From NCBI GenBank assembly GCA_038040325.1, contig JBBPIM010000004.1:29325-93324 (forward strand): a DNA stretch of 64,000 nt. The letters are read 5' to 3'. Positions 45,046-54,891 of this stretch are shown piece after piece. The notes under the pieces are model-generated. The model saw only the letters and a program-made list of their open reading frames with translations, made no database searches and was not told the origin of the DNA. The translations under genes were made by a program, and so were the position numbers. The stretch comes from Candidatus Mayfieldus profundus. Its GTDB lineage: Bacteria; Actinomycetota; Thermoleophilia; Solirubrobacterales; 70-9. How positions within the stretch are numbered: position 1 is the first letter of the stretch; every line of letters starts with the position of its first letter.

Positions 45046-46302
45046 TCACCCCGGCAGCCGCCAGTTATGCGGCAGGACGACGTCGCCGTCCGAGCCGCTG
45101 GCCGGCATCGGGCGGTCGGCCATTACCCCGGGCTCGACATCGAAGAACGCGGCCGCCTGCAGGCCGTCTTGGACCCTCCTGTTGGCCTTCAGCAGGACAT
45201 CGATGCGGTATCGGCCGGGCAGGAGCGGCAGGGATGCGATGTCGCATTCGATGCAGGGCCCGAGCTCGCCGTCGCGGATGTCGGTCGGAGCCGACACCTC
45301 GCTGTCGAGCGTCATGATCGGCTGCCCCAGGTTGTTACAGATGGTGAGCCGGCACTCCATCATCGGCACGACCTCGGTGACGTGCACGACGATCGTCACC
45401 GGGCGGCCCCCGACGACCACATCGGGGGTGCCCCCGCTTGCGTCGCGGATCTCCAGCCGCCGCACGAGGCTCTCCTCATAGCCGCGGCTGTCGCGATCCG
45501 TTCGCTCGAGCAGGTCGTTGGAGGCGGCACGCTCGAGGGTTCGCAGGTAGCGGTCGATCGTCTCCATCACAGGCGCGTCGGCCACCGCCTCGCCGCGCTC
45601 GAGCAACACGCCGCGGTGGCAGAGCGCCTGGATGATGGCGAGGTTGTGCGAGACGAAAATGACGGTCCTTCCCTCCTTTGCCACCTCACCCATCTTGCCG
45701 AGCGACTTACGCTGGAAGGCGGCGTCGCCCACAGCCAGGACCTCGTCGACGAGCAGGATCTCCGGCTCGAGGTGAGCCGCCACAGCGAACGCAAGCCGCA
45801 CCGCCTCGCCGCTGGAGTACCGCTTGACCGGCGTGTCGAGGAAGCGCTCCATTTCGGCGAACGCGACGATCTCGTCGAATCGGCGCCGGATCTCGGCGCG
45901 CCTCATGCCCAGAATGGCGCCGTTGAGGAAGATGTTCTCGCGTCCGGTGAGCTCGGGATGAAAGCCGGTCCCGACCTCGAGCAGCGAGCCGACCCGCCCG
46001 GTCACGTCGGCGTATCCGGAGGTCGGCTCGGTGATCCGCGAGAGGATCTTCAGCAGCGTGGTCTTGCCGGCGCCGTTGTGACCGATCAGGCCGACGACCT
46101 CGCCGGTGCGAACCGTGAGCGAGAGGTCGTGGAGTGCCCAGAGAGTGTTCCTCGATGGCCGTGAGGGGCGCCGCCCGACCCTCCGCAGCGCCCCGCGGGC
46201 GGCCTGCACCATCGCCTCGCGCAGGGTGTCGTAGCCGTGGCCGTGTAGGCCGAGGGTGTAGCGCTTGCCCAGCTCGTGTGTCGTTATCACGACGTCGCTC
46301 AT
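45046..46302 (-). CDS. wzt: polysaccharide ABC exporter ATP-binding protein with C-terminal Wzt_C-like beta-sandwich domain
   Basis: From the ATG at 46302 (418 aa): Walker A 'GHNGAGKTTLLK', the TagH/Wzt-type 'LLEVGTGFHPELTGRENI', signature 'YSSGE' and Walker B 'LLVDEVL'. About 170 extra C-terminal residues include 'LPLLPGRYRIDVLL' and 'FFDVEPG'. Confidence 0.85.
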   Translation of the reverse strand: MSDVVITTHELGKRYTLGLHGHGYDTLREAMVQAARGALRRVGRRPSRPSRNTLWALHDLSLTVRTGEVVGLIGHNGAGKTTLLKILSRITEPTSGYADVTGRVGSLLEVGTGFHPELTGRENIFLNGAILGMRRAEIRRRFDEIVAFAEMERFLDTPVKRYSSGEAVRLAFAVAAHLEPEILLVDEVLAVGDAAFQRKSLGKMGEVAKEGRTVIFVSHNLAIIQALCHRGVLLERGEAVADAPVMETIDRYLRTLERAASNDLLERTDRDSRGYEESLVRRLEIRDASGGTPDVVVGGRPVTIVVHVTEVVPMMECRLTICNNLGQPIMTLDSEVSAPTDIRDGELGPCIECDIASLPLLPGRYRIDVLLKANRRVQDGLQAAAFFDVEPGVMADRPMPASGSDGDVVLPHNWRLPG

Positions 46303-46307
46303 GGGGT

Positions 46308-47195
46308 TCAGACGAGGTCCGCGAAGCCTCGCTCGACACGGTCGAAGTACGCGAGCCCGGCCAACAGAAGGATCACCGCCGATGCCGCCGAGATGGCGAT
46401 CAGGGCCAAAGGCGCTGTCGCCGTGTCGAGCGTCGCCCACCGGAAGCCCTCCACGACGCCCACCATCGGGTTGATGGCGGAAAGCGTCCGCCACGGCTCG
46501 TCGAGAAGAGTGCTCGAATATGCCACTGGGGTCGCGAACAGCCACATCTGGATCGCGAACGGCACGACGTAGCGCACGTCCCGGTAGCGGACGTTGATCG
46601 CCGACAGCGCGGCGCTGACGCCGAGAGCGGCCGCCACGGCGATCGCTATCAGCAGCGGCAGCGTCAGCACGGCCGCGGAAGGCACCACTCCCCAGGCGAG
46701 CACGATGACGAACAGGATGACGAGCGAGACGCCGATGTCGACGAGGCCCGCGGCGACCACGCCGGCGGGCAGGAAGATGCGCGGAAAGTAGATCTTGGAG
46801 ACCAGCGCGGCGTTGGCCACGAGGCTGTCCGATCCGAGCAGCAGCGCGTTGGCGAAGAACGTCCACGGGACGAGAGCCGCGAGGCTGAACAGCGGATACG
46901 GCAGGCCCTCGGATGACAGTCCCGCCAGGTTGCCGAAGATGACCGAGAAGACGACCATGAACCCCACCGGCTGCAGCACGACCCAGAGTGCCCCGAGCGC
47001 GGTCTGGCGGTAGCGCACGGTGACATCGCGCGCGGCGATCTGCAGCGCGAGGTCGCGGTAGCGCCACAGCTCCCGCGGGGACAGCACACGGCTGAAGCCG
47101 CGCGTCGGCTGCAGCCGGATCGTCTCAGGGGTCGCCGGTGCCTCTGCTGCGGCCGCGCCGGCGGCCTCAGGGCCGGATTGGGTCAGCTGCTCCAC
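46308..47195 (-). CDS. wzm: polysaccharide ABC exporter permease (ABC-2 type)
   Basis: 'RELWRYRDLALQIAARDVTVRYRQTALGALWVVLQP', 'KIYFPR' and 'RYRDVRYVVPFAIQMWLFATPVAY' are ABC-2/Wzm signatures. Start placed at GTG 47195, 22 nt after the upstream stop. Confidence 0.8.
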   Translation of the reverse strand: MEQLTQSGPEAAGAAAAEAPATPETIRLQPTRGFSRVLSPRELWRYRDLALQIAARDVTVRYRQTALGALWVVLQPVGFMVVFSVIFGNLAGLSSEGLPYPLFSLAALVPWTFFANALLLGSDSLVANAALVSKIYFPRIFLPAGVVAAGLVDIGVSLVILFVIVLAWGVVPSAAVLTLPLLIAIAVAAALGVSAALSAINVRYRDVRYVVPFAIQMWLFATPVAYSSTLLDEPWRTLSAINPMVGVVEGFRWATLDTATAPLALIAISAASAVILLLAGLAYFDRVERGFADLV

Positions 47196-47217
47196 GATCT
47201 GGAGGATAGGTCGTGCG

Positions 47218-48888
47218 TCAGAACCTGCCGGCGCGCCACAGCACCTGGTCTCGCCCGCGCGCGCTCCACAGCTCCACGGTGCCCGTCTCGGGGTGTTCGC
47301 GCGGCCAGGAGCGCCCACTCAGGAAGTACCGGGACGGCGGGGGTTCGTGCGCACCCCGGAACAAGCGCACCGACGTTTGCGGCAGGAACCACTGATAGGC
47401 ATAAAGGCCGATCGCGTCGTAGTGGTCAGTGTCATAGCCCAGCGAACGTATGCCGTGGGCCTCGGCCACGGGCTCGGGGCTCGTCCACCCGCTGGGATAG
47501 ACGTCCCGTTCGGAGCGCAGGACCGGATTCCAGGCGCCGTACACGACGACCGGGAGGAACAGGGCGAGCGCGACCGCCCCGAGGTATCGAGGCGCGCGGA
47601 CCGACGCGACGCTGATCAGCCACACGCCTGCGCCGGCCACGAGCGCGGCGCCGATCAGGATCGCGGAACCCAGCTGGGCCGTGACGAAGGGCAGGCCGGA
47701 TATGTTGAATCGGTTGGGATCGCCCGAGTCGGAAGCAGTGACGCCGATGAGCACGATTGCGGCGCTGAACAGGGCGAGCGCGAGCAGCGGCCGAAAGATT
47801 CTCAGGGGAAACTTTCGCCCCGCCAGCATCGCCAATCCGAGGGCTACAAGCACGGGGGTCACCACCTCGACGTAGCGGCCGTAGATGAGCATGTCCGGCC
47901 GGGTGCGGACCGGGAACGACCCGGCCGAGACGAGTAGCAGCAGCACGGTGAGCACGACGAGGATCGGGGTCACCGGGGGCAGCTGCTCCCGATCTTCCTC
48001 CGCGCCGAGACCGCCCGCACGCGCGACCACCCTGGCGAACACCACCGCGGCCAATCCGAAAGTCGAGACGACGAGGTACCAGGCCTGTCCGAGGAGGTTC
48101 GCCGCGGCAGTCAGCGGGCCGTGGCCGCCCCAGAACGAGCTCAGCCGATCATTGGCTTCGTTCGGGGCTGAGCCGCCGTAGTTGTGATCGATCAGGTACG
48201 TGTTGAGCAGATGCGTGCCCAATATGCCCGCGGCGAGCACGACCAGCACCGCGGCGACCGCCGCGGGCGGCAGGCGGCGGCGCACCCCGAGCCACGCGAC
48301 CAGCACAGCGGTGAGGACGACCGCCGTCACCATCCGGCCGTGCACTGTCCAGAGCGCGGCGGTGGACGCCCCGAGTCCCATCCCCCAAAGCAGGCTGCCC
48401 CGTGGATCGCGGGCGGCGAGCAGCCCGCCGAATGCGATCAGCCAGACACAGGCGAGCGGGAACAGCGCGTTCTCGGACATCGCCACCTGCGACAGAACGG
48501 TCACCGCGGGATACGCGGCGCCGGCCAGCGCCGCCCATAACGCAGTACGGGCCTCGACGCCGGCATAGCGAGTCAGCAGCACGTACAGCAGCGGGAACAC
48601 CGAAGCAGCGAGGGCCGCGTTGAGAACCAGCACGAGGTGGTAGACCAGGCTCGGGTCCGAGCTCAGGTCGAGGAAGGGCGAGAACAGCAGCGAGTAGCCG
48701 CCCCTGTAGAACGGCGCGTTCTGGAGCTGGCCCTCGAGCCCGCCGGTCAGCACGCGAGCGTTGGTCAGGTATCCGATCTCGTCCGCGACGAGAAGCGGAC
48801 CGGATCGAGCCACGGAGAGAATCAGCCGCGCAGCGAACAGGGCGAGCGTTCCCGCGATCAGTCGATTGCGCACCCATCCCTGAGCCAA
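47218..48888 (-). CDS. GT-C-fold-like polytopic membrane glycosyltransferase (ArnT/PMT-like architecture)
   Basis: 556 aa with at least 12 hydrophobic helices. The first-loop motif 'LLVADEIGYLTNARVL' is the acidic DE motif typical of GT-C enzymes, and a soluble tail of about 110 aa follows. The subfamily is not assignable by eye. Confidence 0.6.
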   Translation of the reverse strand: MAQGWVRNRLIAGTLALFAARLILSVARSGPLLVADEIGYLTNARVLTGGLEGQLQNAPFYRGGYSLLFSPFLDLSSDPSLVYHLVLVLNAALAASVFPLLYVLLTRYAGVEARTALWAALAGAAYPAVTVLSQVAMSENALFPLACVWLIAFGGLLAARDPRGSLLWGMGLGASTAALWTVHGRMVTAVVLTAVLVAWLGVRRRLPPAAVAAVLVVLAAGILGTHLLNTYLIDHNYGGSAPNEANDRLSSFWGGHGPLTAAANLLGQAWYLVVSTFGLAAVVFARVVARAGGLGAEEDREQLPPVTPILVVLTVLLLLVSAGSFPVRTRPDMLIYGRYVEVVTPVLVALGLAMLAGRKFPLRIFRPLLALALFSAAIVLIGVTASDSGDPNRFNISGLPFVTAQLGSAILIGAALVAGAGVWLISVASVRAPRYLGAVALALFLPVVVYGAWNPVLRSERDVYPSGWTSPEPVAEAHGIRSLGYDTDHYDAIGLYAYQWFLPQTSVRLFRGAHEPPPSRYFLSGRSWPREHPETGTVELWSARGRDQVLWRAGRF

Positions 48889-48897
48889 GGCGCTCCC

Positions 48898-50133
48898 CTA
48901 CCGCGCAGAGCGCCGTCGCGTGCGCGCCTCGATTGCGATCCGGTAGGCCTCCTCGAACTGGGGGACCACGGTCTCGGAACCGAACGACCCCGCGCGCCGC
49001 GCGGCAGCTTCTCCCATCCGCCCCCGCAGATCTGCGTCCGCGATCAATCGCTGCAGCGCCGCCTGGAGCTCGGCTCGATCACCGGGCGGCACCAGCAACC
49101 CGGTCTCGCCGTCGGCGACGATGTCCTTCAGGCCTCCGATGTCCGAGGCCACGACGGGCTTGCCGGCCGCGGCAGCCTCCAGGGCCGCCAGGCCGAACGG
49201 CTCCGGCAAGAGCGACGGCACGACCGTGAACAGGCAGCGGCGCACCGCCTCGATCACCAGCTCGTGAGGCAAGAGTCCAAGCGCGGTAACCCCCGCGTGA
49301 TCGGGGGGCTCGTCGAGCATCCAGCGCCCGATCAGCACCAGAGGCGGCGGGCTTTCCAGCGTCCTGTAGACCTCGACCAGGTGCCGGCCCCCCTTGTCTT
49401 CGGTCACATCGCCGAAGTAGAGGATGAACGGTTCGTCAGGGAGCTGAGCGAGGCGGGAGTCGTCGGGGTGTTGCACTTGAGGCAGCTCGCGGATGAAGTT
49501 CGGAACGACGCGGTAGGTGTCATGCGCGGTGAGCCGGCAGCGGTCCTTCACCGCCGAGCTGACTGGCAGGAAGACGTCGACGTGGCGGCGCACAAGGGAC
49601 TCGCGCGTCCGGGTGCCGAGCGCGATGAGGGGGCCCTTCACGCGGCCGTAGTGGATCCCTGCGCATCGCATGCATTTCACCGGACCGGGACCAATGCACG
49701 GTGCACCTCGGTATAGGAGCCGTTTCGTCGCGCAGAACAGCCCGTAATCGTGGAGGGAGAGAACCAGCGCCGCGTCGCTGCGCCGGTCCAGTGGGATGTA
49801 GGAGTGGACGAGCCTGTTGTGCGCATGGACGATCTCAGGATTCTCCTGGCGCACGACACGCCGGAGATCGATGACGGTCTCCGGGTCAGGCGCGGGAGGC
49901 GCGTGCCGCCGCTCGGTGTCACTAACGACCGCTTGCACGCGATACATCGAGCTCCGAAGCGTGTGGACGCGGATGCCGTCGCCAGCGTCCGGCGGCCCGC
50001 TGCCCGGTTGGCGGAGCGTGGCGACCGCCACGTCGTGGCCGCGGCGGACCAACTCCACGCTCAGGTCCTCCACGGTTCGCTCCACCCCCCCAACGATGGG
50101 GGCGTATGACTCCGTGAGCATCAGGATGCGCAC
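48898..50133 (-). CDS. glycosyltransferase family 4 (GT-B)
   Basis: GTG start 'VRILMLTESYAPIVGGVERTVEDLSVELVRRGHDVAV'. 'PSLLPEPFGLAALEAAAAGKPVVASDIGGLKDIV' is the EX7E motif. Confidence 0.8.
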   Translation of the reverse strand: MRILMLTESYAPIVGGVERTVEDLSVELVRRGHDVAVATLRQPGSGPPDAGDGIRVHTLRSSMYRVQAVVSDTERRHAPPAPDPETVIDLRRVVRQENPEIVHAHNRLVHSYIPLDRRSDAALVLSLHDYGLFCATKRLLYRGAPCIGPGPVKCMRCAGIHYGRVKGPLIALGTRTRESLVRRHVDVFLPVSSAVKDRCRLTAHDTYRVVPNFIRELPQVQHPDDSRLAQLPDEPFILYFGDVTEDKGGRHLVEVYRTLESPPPLVLIGRWMLDEPPDHAGVTALGLLPHELVIEAVRRCLFTVVPSLLPEPFGLAALEAAAAGKPVVASDIGGLKDIVADGETGLLVPPGDRAELQAALQRLIADADLRGRMGEAAARRAGSFGSETVVPQFEEAYRIAIEARTRRRSAR

Positions 50134-52276
50134 CGGGCGACCGATCGTACCGATCGACCCGTGCCAGAATCAGCGCGTGCCGACCGGCGCCGACCATCAG
50201 CGCGATCTCGCCCCGCCCGCCGCCTCGGTGGTGATCTGCGCCTACACGCCTGAGCGGCTTGAGGCACTGAGCGAGGCGATCGACTCCCTCCGCGCGCAGA
50301 CCCTGCACGCCCACGAGATCGTGCTGGTCATCGACCATTCGCCAGATCTGCTGGCGGAGAGCCGCGCGCGCTGGCCCGACATCAACGTGGTGCCCAATCA
50401 GAAGGCCCAGGGTGCAGCCGCGGCTCGCAACAGCAGCCTTGCCGAAACCACCGGAGACGTGGTCGCCTTCCTCGACGACGACGCAATCCCCGACCCCGAC
50501 TGGCTGGAGCGATTGGCAGCAACCTACGCCGATCGCCGCGTCCTCGCGGTGGGCGGCACCGTCCGGCCGCGATGGCTCCAAGGTCGGCCCGCCTGGTTTC
50601 CCGCCGAGTTCGACTGGGTGGTGGGCTGCACGCACTCCGGCATGCCCCGACAGCGCTCCGCGGTACGCAATCTGGTTGGCGCCAACATGTCGTTCAGGCG
50701 TGACGTCCTGATCGAGCTCGGCGGCTTCCGCGAAGAGTTGGGCCGGGTAAAAAAGGTCCCCGTAGGTTGTGAGGAGACGGACCTTTGCATCCGGGTCACT
50801 GAACGCTGGCCGGACTCAATAGTCGTCTATGACCCGGCGATTTCGGTGGACCACGTGGTGCCGCCAGCTCGAGGCCGACTACGGTACTTCGTGGCGCGCT
50901 GCGCCGACGAGGGGCGCTCGAAGGCGTTGCTCGCGCGCTTGGTCGGGAGCAAGTCCGGCCTCTCCGACGAACGCTCGTACGTGCGTCGGACTTTGCCGCT
51001 CGGGCTTGTGCGTGGGATCCGAGAAGCAATGCACGGGGACCTGACGGGCGCGGCACGCGCGGCAATGCTCGGTGTCGGGCTGCTGACCACAACGGCGGGA
51101 TACGCCGCCGGCCGCGGCCTGGGCAGGCGTCCCCGCGAATCTCGCTCCAGCGACGAGCGACGAGTGACGGGTGACGAGGATGCGCGGATGCGCATCCTCA
51201 TGGTGACCCCTCGCAGCCCGCTACGCCAGGGTGGCGTTGAGCGCCACGTGATGGAGGTGAGCCGCCGGGCGGTTGCGGCCGGAGCCAGGGTCGAGGTCCT
51301 CTGCACCGAGCCGGGAGGTCCGGCCCTCGCCGCGGAACGGCGTGACGGCGTGCTCATCCGCTCGGTGCGGTCCTGGCCGGCAAAGCGTGACTACTACCTG
51401 GCGCCGCGCATCTGGCGCGAGATGGCGCGCAAGCCCTGGGACCTCGTTCACGTGCAGTCCTACCACACGCTGGTTGCACCCCTCGCGATGTTGCGGGCGC
51501 TCACGCTCGGCCTCCCGTATGTGGTCACCTTCCACGGGGGCGGGCATTCCTCCGGGCTGCGACACCGGCTGCGGCGTGCGCAGCGCCGGGCAATGCGCCC
51601 CCTGCTGGCGCGCGCCGAGCGCCTCGTCGCGGTGGCGCGCTTCGAGATCGACCTCTACGGCGGGGAGCTGGGACTTCCCCCCGAGAAGTTCGTGCTGATC
51701 CCTAACGGCACGGACCTCGCGCTCACGGACGCCGCCGGCCGCGACCGCCCGGGAGAGCCGGGATTGCTGGCGTCGATTGGCCGGCTCGAGCGCTACAAGG
51801 GTCATCACCGGGTCATCGCGGCGCTCCCGCACGTACTGGAGCGGCAACCGGAGGCGAAACTGCTCGTCGTCGGGACCGGGGAATACGAGTCGAATCTGCG
51901 CCGGCAGGCCGCCGAGCTCGGTGTCGAGGAGCAGGTCGAGTTCACCAGCGTTCCCGCCGACGACCCCGGCGCCATGGCGCAGCTCCTGCAGCGGGTCTCG
52001 CTGGTGGTCCTGCTCAGCGACTTCGAGACACATCCGCTCGTCGCGCTGGAGGCAGCTGCCGCCGGCCGTCGCCTGCTCGTTGCCGATCGCGGCGGGCTGG
52101 CCGAGCTGGCGGAGGACGGCCTGGCGCGTGCCATATCGCCCGACGAGACCCCGCAGGTTGTCGCAGGCGCGATCCTCGAGGAACTCGTGCGCCCCCCCCA
52201 GACGCGTGCGCCAGAGCTGACCTCGTGGGATGCGTGCGCCGCCGCCTTGCTGGAGCTGTACGGCTCGCTCGCCTGA
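50126..52276 (+). CDS. single-ORF fusion of GT2 and GT4 glycosyltransferase domains
   Basis: GT2 part: 'ASVVICAYTPERLEALSEAIDSLRAQT..EIVLVIDHS', 'GAAAARN' and 'FLDDDA'. A hydrophobic segment 'MLGVGLLTTTAGYAAG' follows. The GT4 part begins 'MRILMVTPRSPLRQGGVERHV' (internal ATG 51188) and continues '...ETHPLVALEAAAAGRRLLVADRGG'. No stop separates them. The start is ATG 50126 or GTG 50177. Confidence 0.7.
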   Translation: MRTGRPIVPIDPCQNQRVPTGADHQRDLAPPAASVVICAYTPERLEALSEAIDSLRAQTLHAHEIVLVIDHSPDLLAESRARWPDINVVPNQKAQGAAAARNSSLAETTGDVVAFLDDDAIPDPDWLERLAATYADRRVLAVGGTVRPRWLQGRPAWFPAEFDWVVGCTHSGMPRQRSAVRNLVGANMSFRRDVLIELGGFREELGRVKKVPVGCEETDLCIRVTERWPDSIVVYDPAISVDHVVPPARGRLRYFVARCADEGRSKALLARLVGSKSGLSDERSYVRRTLPLGLVRGIREAMHGDLTGAARAAMLGVGLLTTTAGYAAGRGLGRRPRESRSSDERRVTGDEDARMRILMVTPRSPLRQGGVERHVMEVSRRAVAAGARVEVLCTEPGGPALAAERRDGVLIRSVRSWPAKRDYYLAPRIWREMARKPWDLVHVQSYHTLVAPLAMLRALTLGLPYVVTFHGGGHSSGLRHRLRRAQRRAMRPLLARAERLVAVARFEIDLYGGELGLPPEKFVLIPNGTDLALTDAAGRDRPGEPGLLASIGRLERYKGHHRVIAALPHVLERQPEAKLLVVGTGEYESNLRRQAAELGVEEQVEFTSVPADDPGAMAQLLQRVSLVVLLSDFETHPLVALEAAAAGRRLLVADRGGLAELAEDGLARAISPDETPQVVAGAILEELVRPPQTRAPELTSWDACAAALLELYGSLA

Positions 52277-52342
52277 CTAGGTCAAACGTCCACTACCCCT
52301 CTGTCCGTTTGAGCAAGGTGCAGGGCCGCCGATGACGGCGGC

Positions 52343-53737
52343 ATGGCCAGGCGTACACGTCTTTCCCTATCACCCGCTCAATTTCTGATCGCCGCCGCGA
52401 TCGCCCTCGCGCTTTTTGCCTGGTGCGCGGCGGCGAGCCACGCGCGCGGAGGCGCCGCACACCGTCATGCAGGCGCACACGCCAGTGCGTTGCCGAAGAC
52501 GAAAGCGCCCAACAACGGCCAGACGGTCTCGGGCCGGATTATGTGGCGGGTGAAAATCCGCGGTACCCGGCCGAAGCGCGTCCACTTCGCGGTTGACGGC
52601 CGCGTCAAGACCCGCAAGGCTCGCCCGCGGCGCAGGGTGACGGCGACCATCGACACCACGAAGCTCTCCAACGGCCGGCACACGCTGACCGCAATTGCCT
52701 ACCGGTCCGGACGCCGCCGTCCGGAGAAGACCAAGGTCAAGGTGCGCGTCGCGAACCCTGCCAATGGCCCGGGTTCGGTGTACTGGGGCGCGCACATCGG
52801 CTCTCATCTGACCGGCACCGAGGCGCCCTGGGACATGAATGCGGCCGCCCAGTTCGAGGAGATGGCGGGCAGGCAGCTCTCGATCCTGCACTTCTACTCG
52901 CCGTTCTCGAACTGTTCCTCCCTGCCGTGCTCGTATTACGACTTCCCGAGCTCGCTGATGGAGACAGTCCGCCAGCACGGGTCTATCCCGATGCTCTCCT
53001 GGGCATCGAACTCGTTGCCGGGCGGCCTTAACCAGCCGGACCTCCAACTCTCCGACGTGATCGCCGGCAACTATGACTCCTACATCCGTAGCTTCGCTGA
53101 GCGCGCGAAGAGCTGGGGCCACCCATTCTTCCTGCGCTTCAACTTCGAGATGAACGGCGACTGGTTTGCCTGGTCGGAAAGCGTGAACGGAAACGGGCCC
53201 GGCCAGTCCGTCGCCGCTTGGCGCCACGTCCACGACATCTTCACATCGGTCGGCGCGACCAATGCCACCTGGGTCTGGTGCCCCAACGCCGATCCCAACA
53301 ACACGCTGCAGGATCTCGGCTCGCTCTACCCCGGCGACGGCTACGTGGACTGGACCTGCATGGATGGCTACAACTGGGGCATGAACCCGAGCCGACCCGG
53401 GGGCTGGGAGACCTTCGCCCAGGTCTTCAACGCCAGCTATCACCGGATCGCCGACACGATCGCCCCCAGCAAGCCGATGATGATCGCCGAGACGGGATCA
53501 ACCGAGTACGGCGGGTCCAAGGCTGATTGGACCCGGGACGCCCTGACCATGGCCCCCAGCTACCCGAAGATTCGCGCCCTGGTCTGGTACGAGAACTACG
53601 CGGACGGCATGGACTGGCCGATCGAGACATCGCAGGGCTCCACCGGCGCCTTCGCAAGCGGGATCCAGAACTCGGCCTACACCACCAACAGCTTCGGCGA
53701 CCTTGGCGACGGTCCGATCCCGCCGCCGGGGGCATAG
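52343..53737 (+). CDS. secreted GH26-like glycoside hydrolase (mannanase-type fold) with N-terminal Ig-like domain
   Basis: 464 aa with a signal/anchor 'FLIAAAIALALFAWCAAASHA' and an Ig-like 'HFAVDGRV...TIDTTKLSNGRHTLTAIAY'. The catalytic region shows 'FFLRFNFEMNGDWFAWSE', 'WVWCPN', 'YPGDGYVDWTCMDGYNWG' and 'MIAETGS'. Confidence 0.68.
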   Translation: MARRTRLSLSPAQFLIAAAIALALFAWCAAASHARGGAAHRHAGAHASALPKTKAPNNGQTVSGRIMWRVKIRGTRPKRVHFAVDGRVKTRKARPRRRVTATIDTTKLSNGRHTLTAIAYRSGRRRPEKTKVKVRVANPANGPGSVYWGAHIGSHLTGTEAPWDMNAAAQFEEMAGRQLSILHFYSPFSNCSSLPCSYYDFPSSLMETVRQHGSIPMLSWASNSLPGGLNQPDLQLSDVIAGNYDSYIRSFAERAKSWGHPFFLRFNFEMNGDWFAWSESVNGNGPGQSVAAWRHVHDIFTSVGATNATWVWCPNADPNNTLQDLGSLYPGDGYVDWTCMDGYNWGMNPSRPGGWETFAQVFNASYHRIADTIAPSKPMMIAETGSTEYGGSKADWTRDALTMAPSYPKIRALVWYENYADGMDWPIETSQGSTGAFASGIQNSAYTTNSFGDLGDGPIPPPGA

Positions 53738-53809
53738 CGCCCGCGAGTGGTGCACTGACCGACGCGGCCGGCCGGCATTTACGCCGACCCGTCGCAATAC
53801 GCTTCGGCG

Positions 53810-54868
53810 GTGGCCGAGACCTCCCCTGTTGTTCGACTCGAACATCCAGACGGGTCGGTGTTGGTGACAGAGCCACGCCCGGGCCGGCGGCGGGTCAGCG
53901 TCAACGCCGCCAGGAAATCGACGTTCATGCCAGTCTCGGAGTGCGAGACGTCATACCCCCTCGCGTTGATCGAGTTGATCTTGCGCCTCAAAGGTGTGAG
54001 CGCCCTATGTGACGAGCTCGAGCGGGAGGAGCAACCGGGCTACCTGCAGCACGTCCTCTGGTGGACGATCCGCGCCCACGTGGACGTGGAGGAGGTTGGA
54101 AACGGTCGTGTCCTCGACTTCGGTTGCGGCAGTGGCGGCTCCACGATGATCCTGTCACGCATGTTTCCGGGCGCTGAGATCGTCGGCGTGGACATGGACG
54201 CAGAGGCATTGGAGATAGCGGAGGCGCGGCGCCGGCACTACCGCGTTGAGCAGATCAGCTTCAAGCTCTCGCCCAGGCCGACCGAACTGCCGCCGGATCT
54301 GGGTGAGTTCGACTTCATCGTCTTCAGTGCGGTGCTCGAGCACCTTCTGCCCGAGGAGCGGGGAGTCGTCATCCCACTGGTCTGGGACCGGCTGCGTGAG
54401 GGTGGCCTCGTGTTCGTGGGCGAGACGCCGCACCGGTTCACGCCGGTCGAAGTCCATACCACCGGCGGCCTTCCGCTTGTGAATTACCTTCCCGCGCCAC
54501 TTGCGCTTCGCGCGGCCCGTCGCCTGTCAAAGCAAGTCGATCCGGAAGTGGACTGGCCGGATCTGCTCCGCATGGGGATGCGCGGGGGCACAGAGCGGCA
54601 GTTTCTTCGGATTCTCCACGAAGCCGGCCACACCGACGCGGTGATTCGCAGGCCAACCAAACAGGGACTTCGCGACGAATTCGACCTCTGGTACAGAATC
54701 TCGTCTGCCTATGAGCTGCCCGGCTTCAAAGCCCGCTTGCAGTCCGTCTTTCGTGCGCTGCATCGCCTGACGAGCATCTCCTTCACACCCTATCTTGCCT
54801 TCGCGGTGGAGAAGCGGTCCGGCGCTGCGCGCCCCGCGCAAAGGAACCGGATGATCCCCGGGCGCTGA
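53810..54868 (+). CDS. class I SAM-dependent methyltransferase
   Basis: 352 aa with a GTG start. Motif I 'VLDFGCGSGGSTMILS', 'IVGVDMD', 'FDFIVFSAVLEHL' and 'LREGGLVFVGE'. The start is uncertain. Confidence 0.65.
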   Translation: MAETSPVVRLEHPDGSVLVTEPRPGRRRVSVNAARKSTFMPVSECETSYPLALIELILRLKGVSALCDELEREEQPGYLQHVLWWTIRAHVDVEEVGNGRVLDFGCGSGGSTMILSRMFPGAEIVGVDMDAEALEIAEARRRHYRVEQISFKLSPRPTELPPDLGEFDFIVFSAVLEHLLPEERGVVIPLVWDRLREGGLVFVGETPHRFTPVEVHTTGGLPLVNYLPAPLALRAARRLSKQVDPEVDWPDLLRMGMRGGTERQFLRILHEAGHTDAVIRRPTKQGLRDEFDLWYRISSAYELPGFKARLQSVFRALHRLTSISFTPYLAFAVEKRSGAARPAQRNRMIPGR

Positions 54869-54891
54869 GTTCACCGCGGAGTGCTTGCCAA

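Noticed and set aside
52325-52342. Perfect 6-bp stem/6-nt loop hairpin (gccgcc gatgac ggcggc) ending immediately before the ATG at 52343
   Set aside because: The stem is short, there is no U-tract, and such G/C palindromes are expected by chance at about 70% GC. It could occlude the ribosome-binding region, but there is no supporting evidence.
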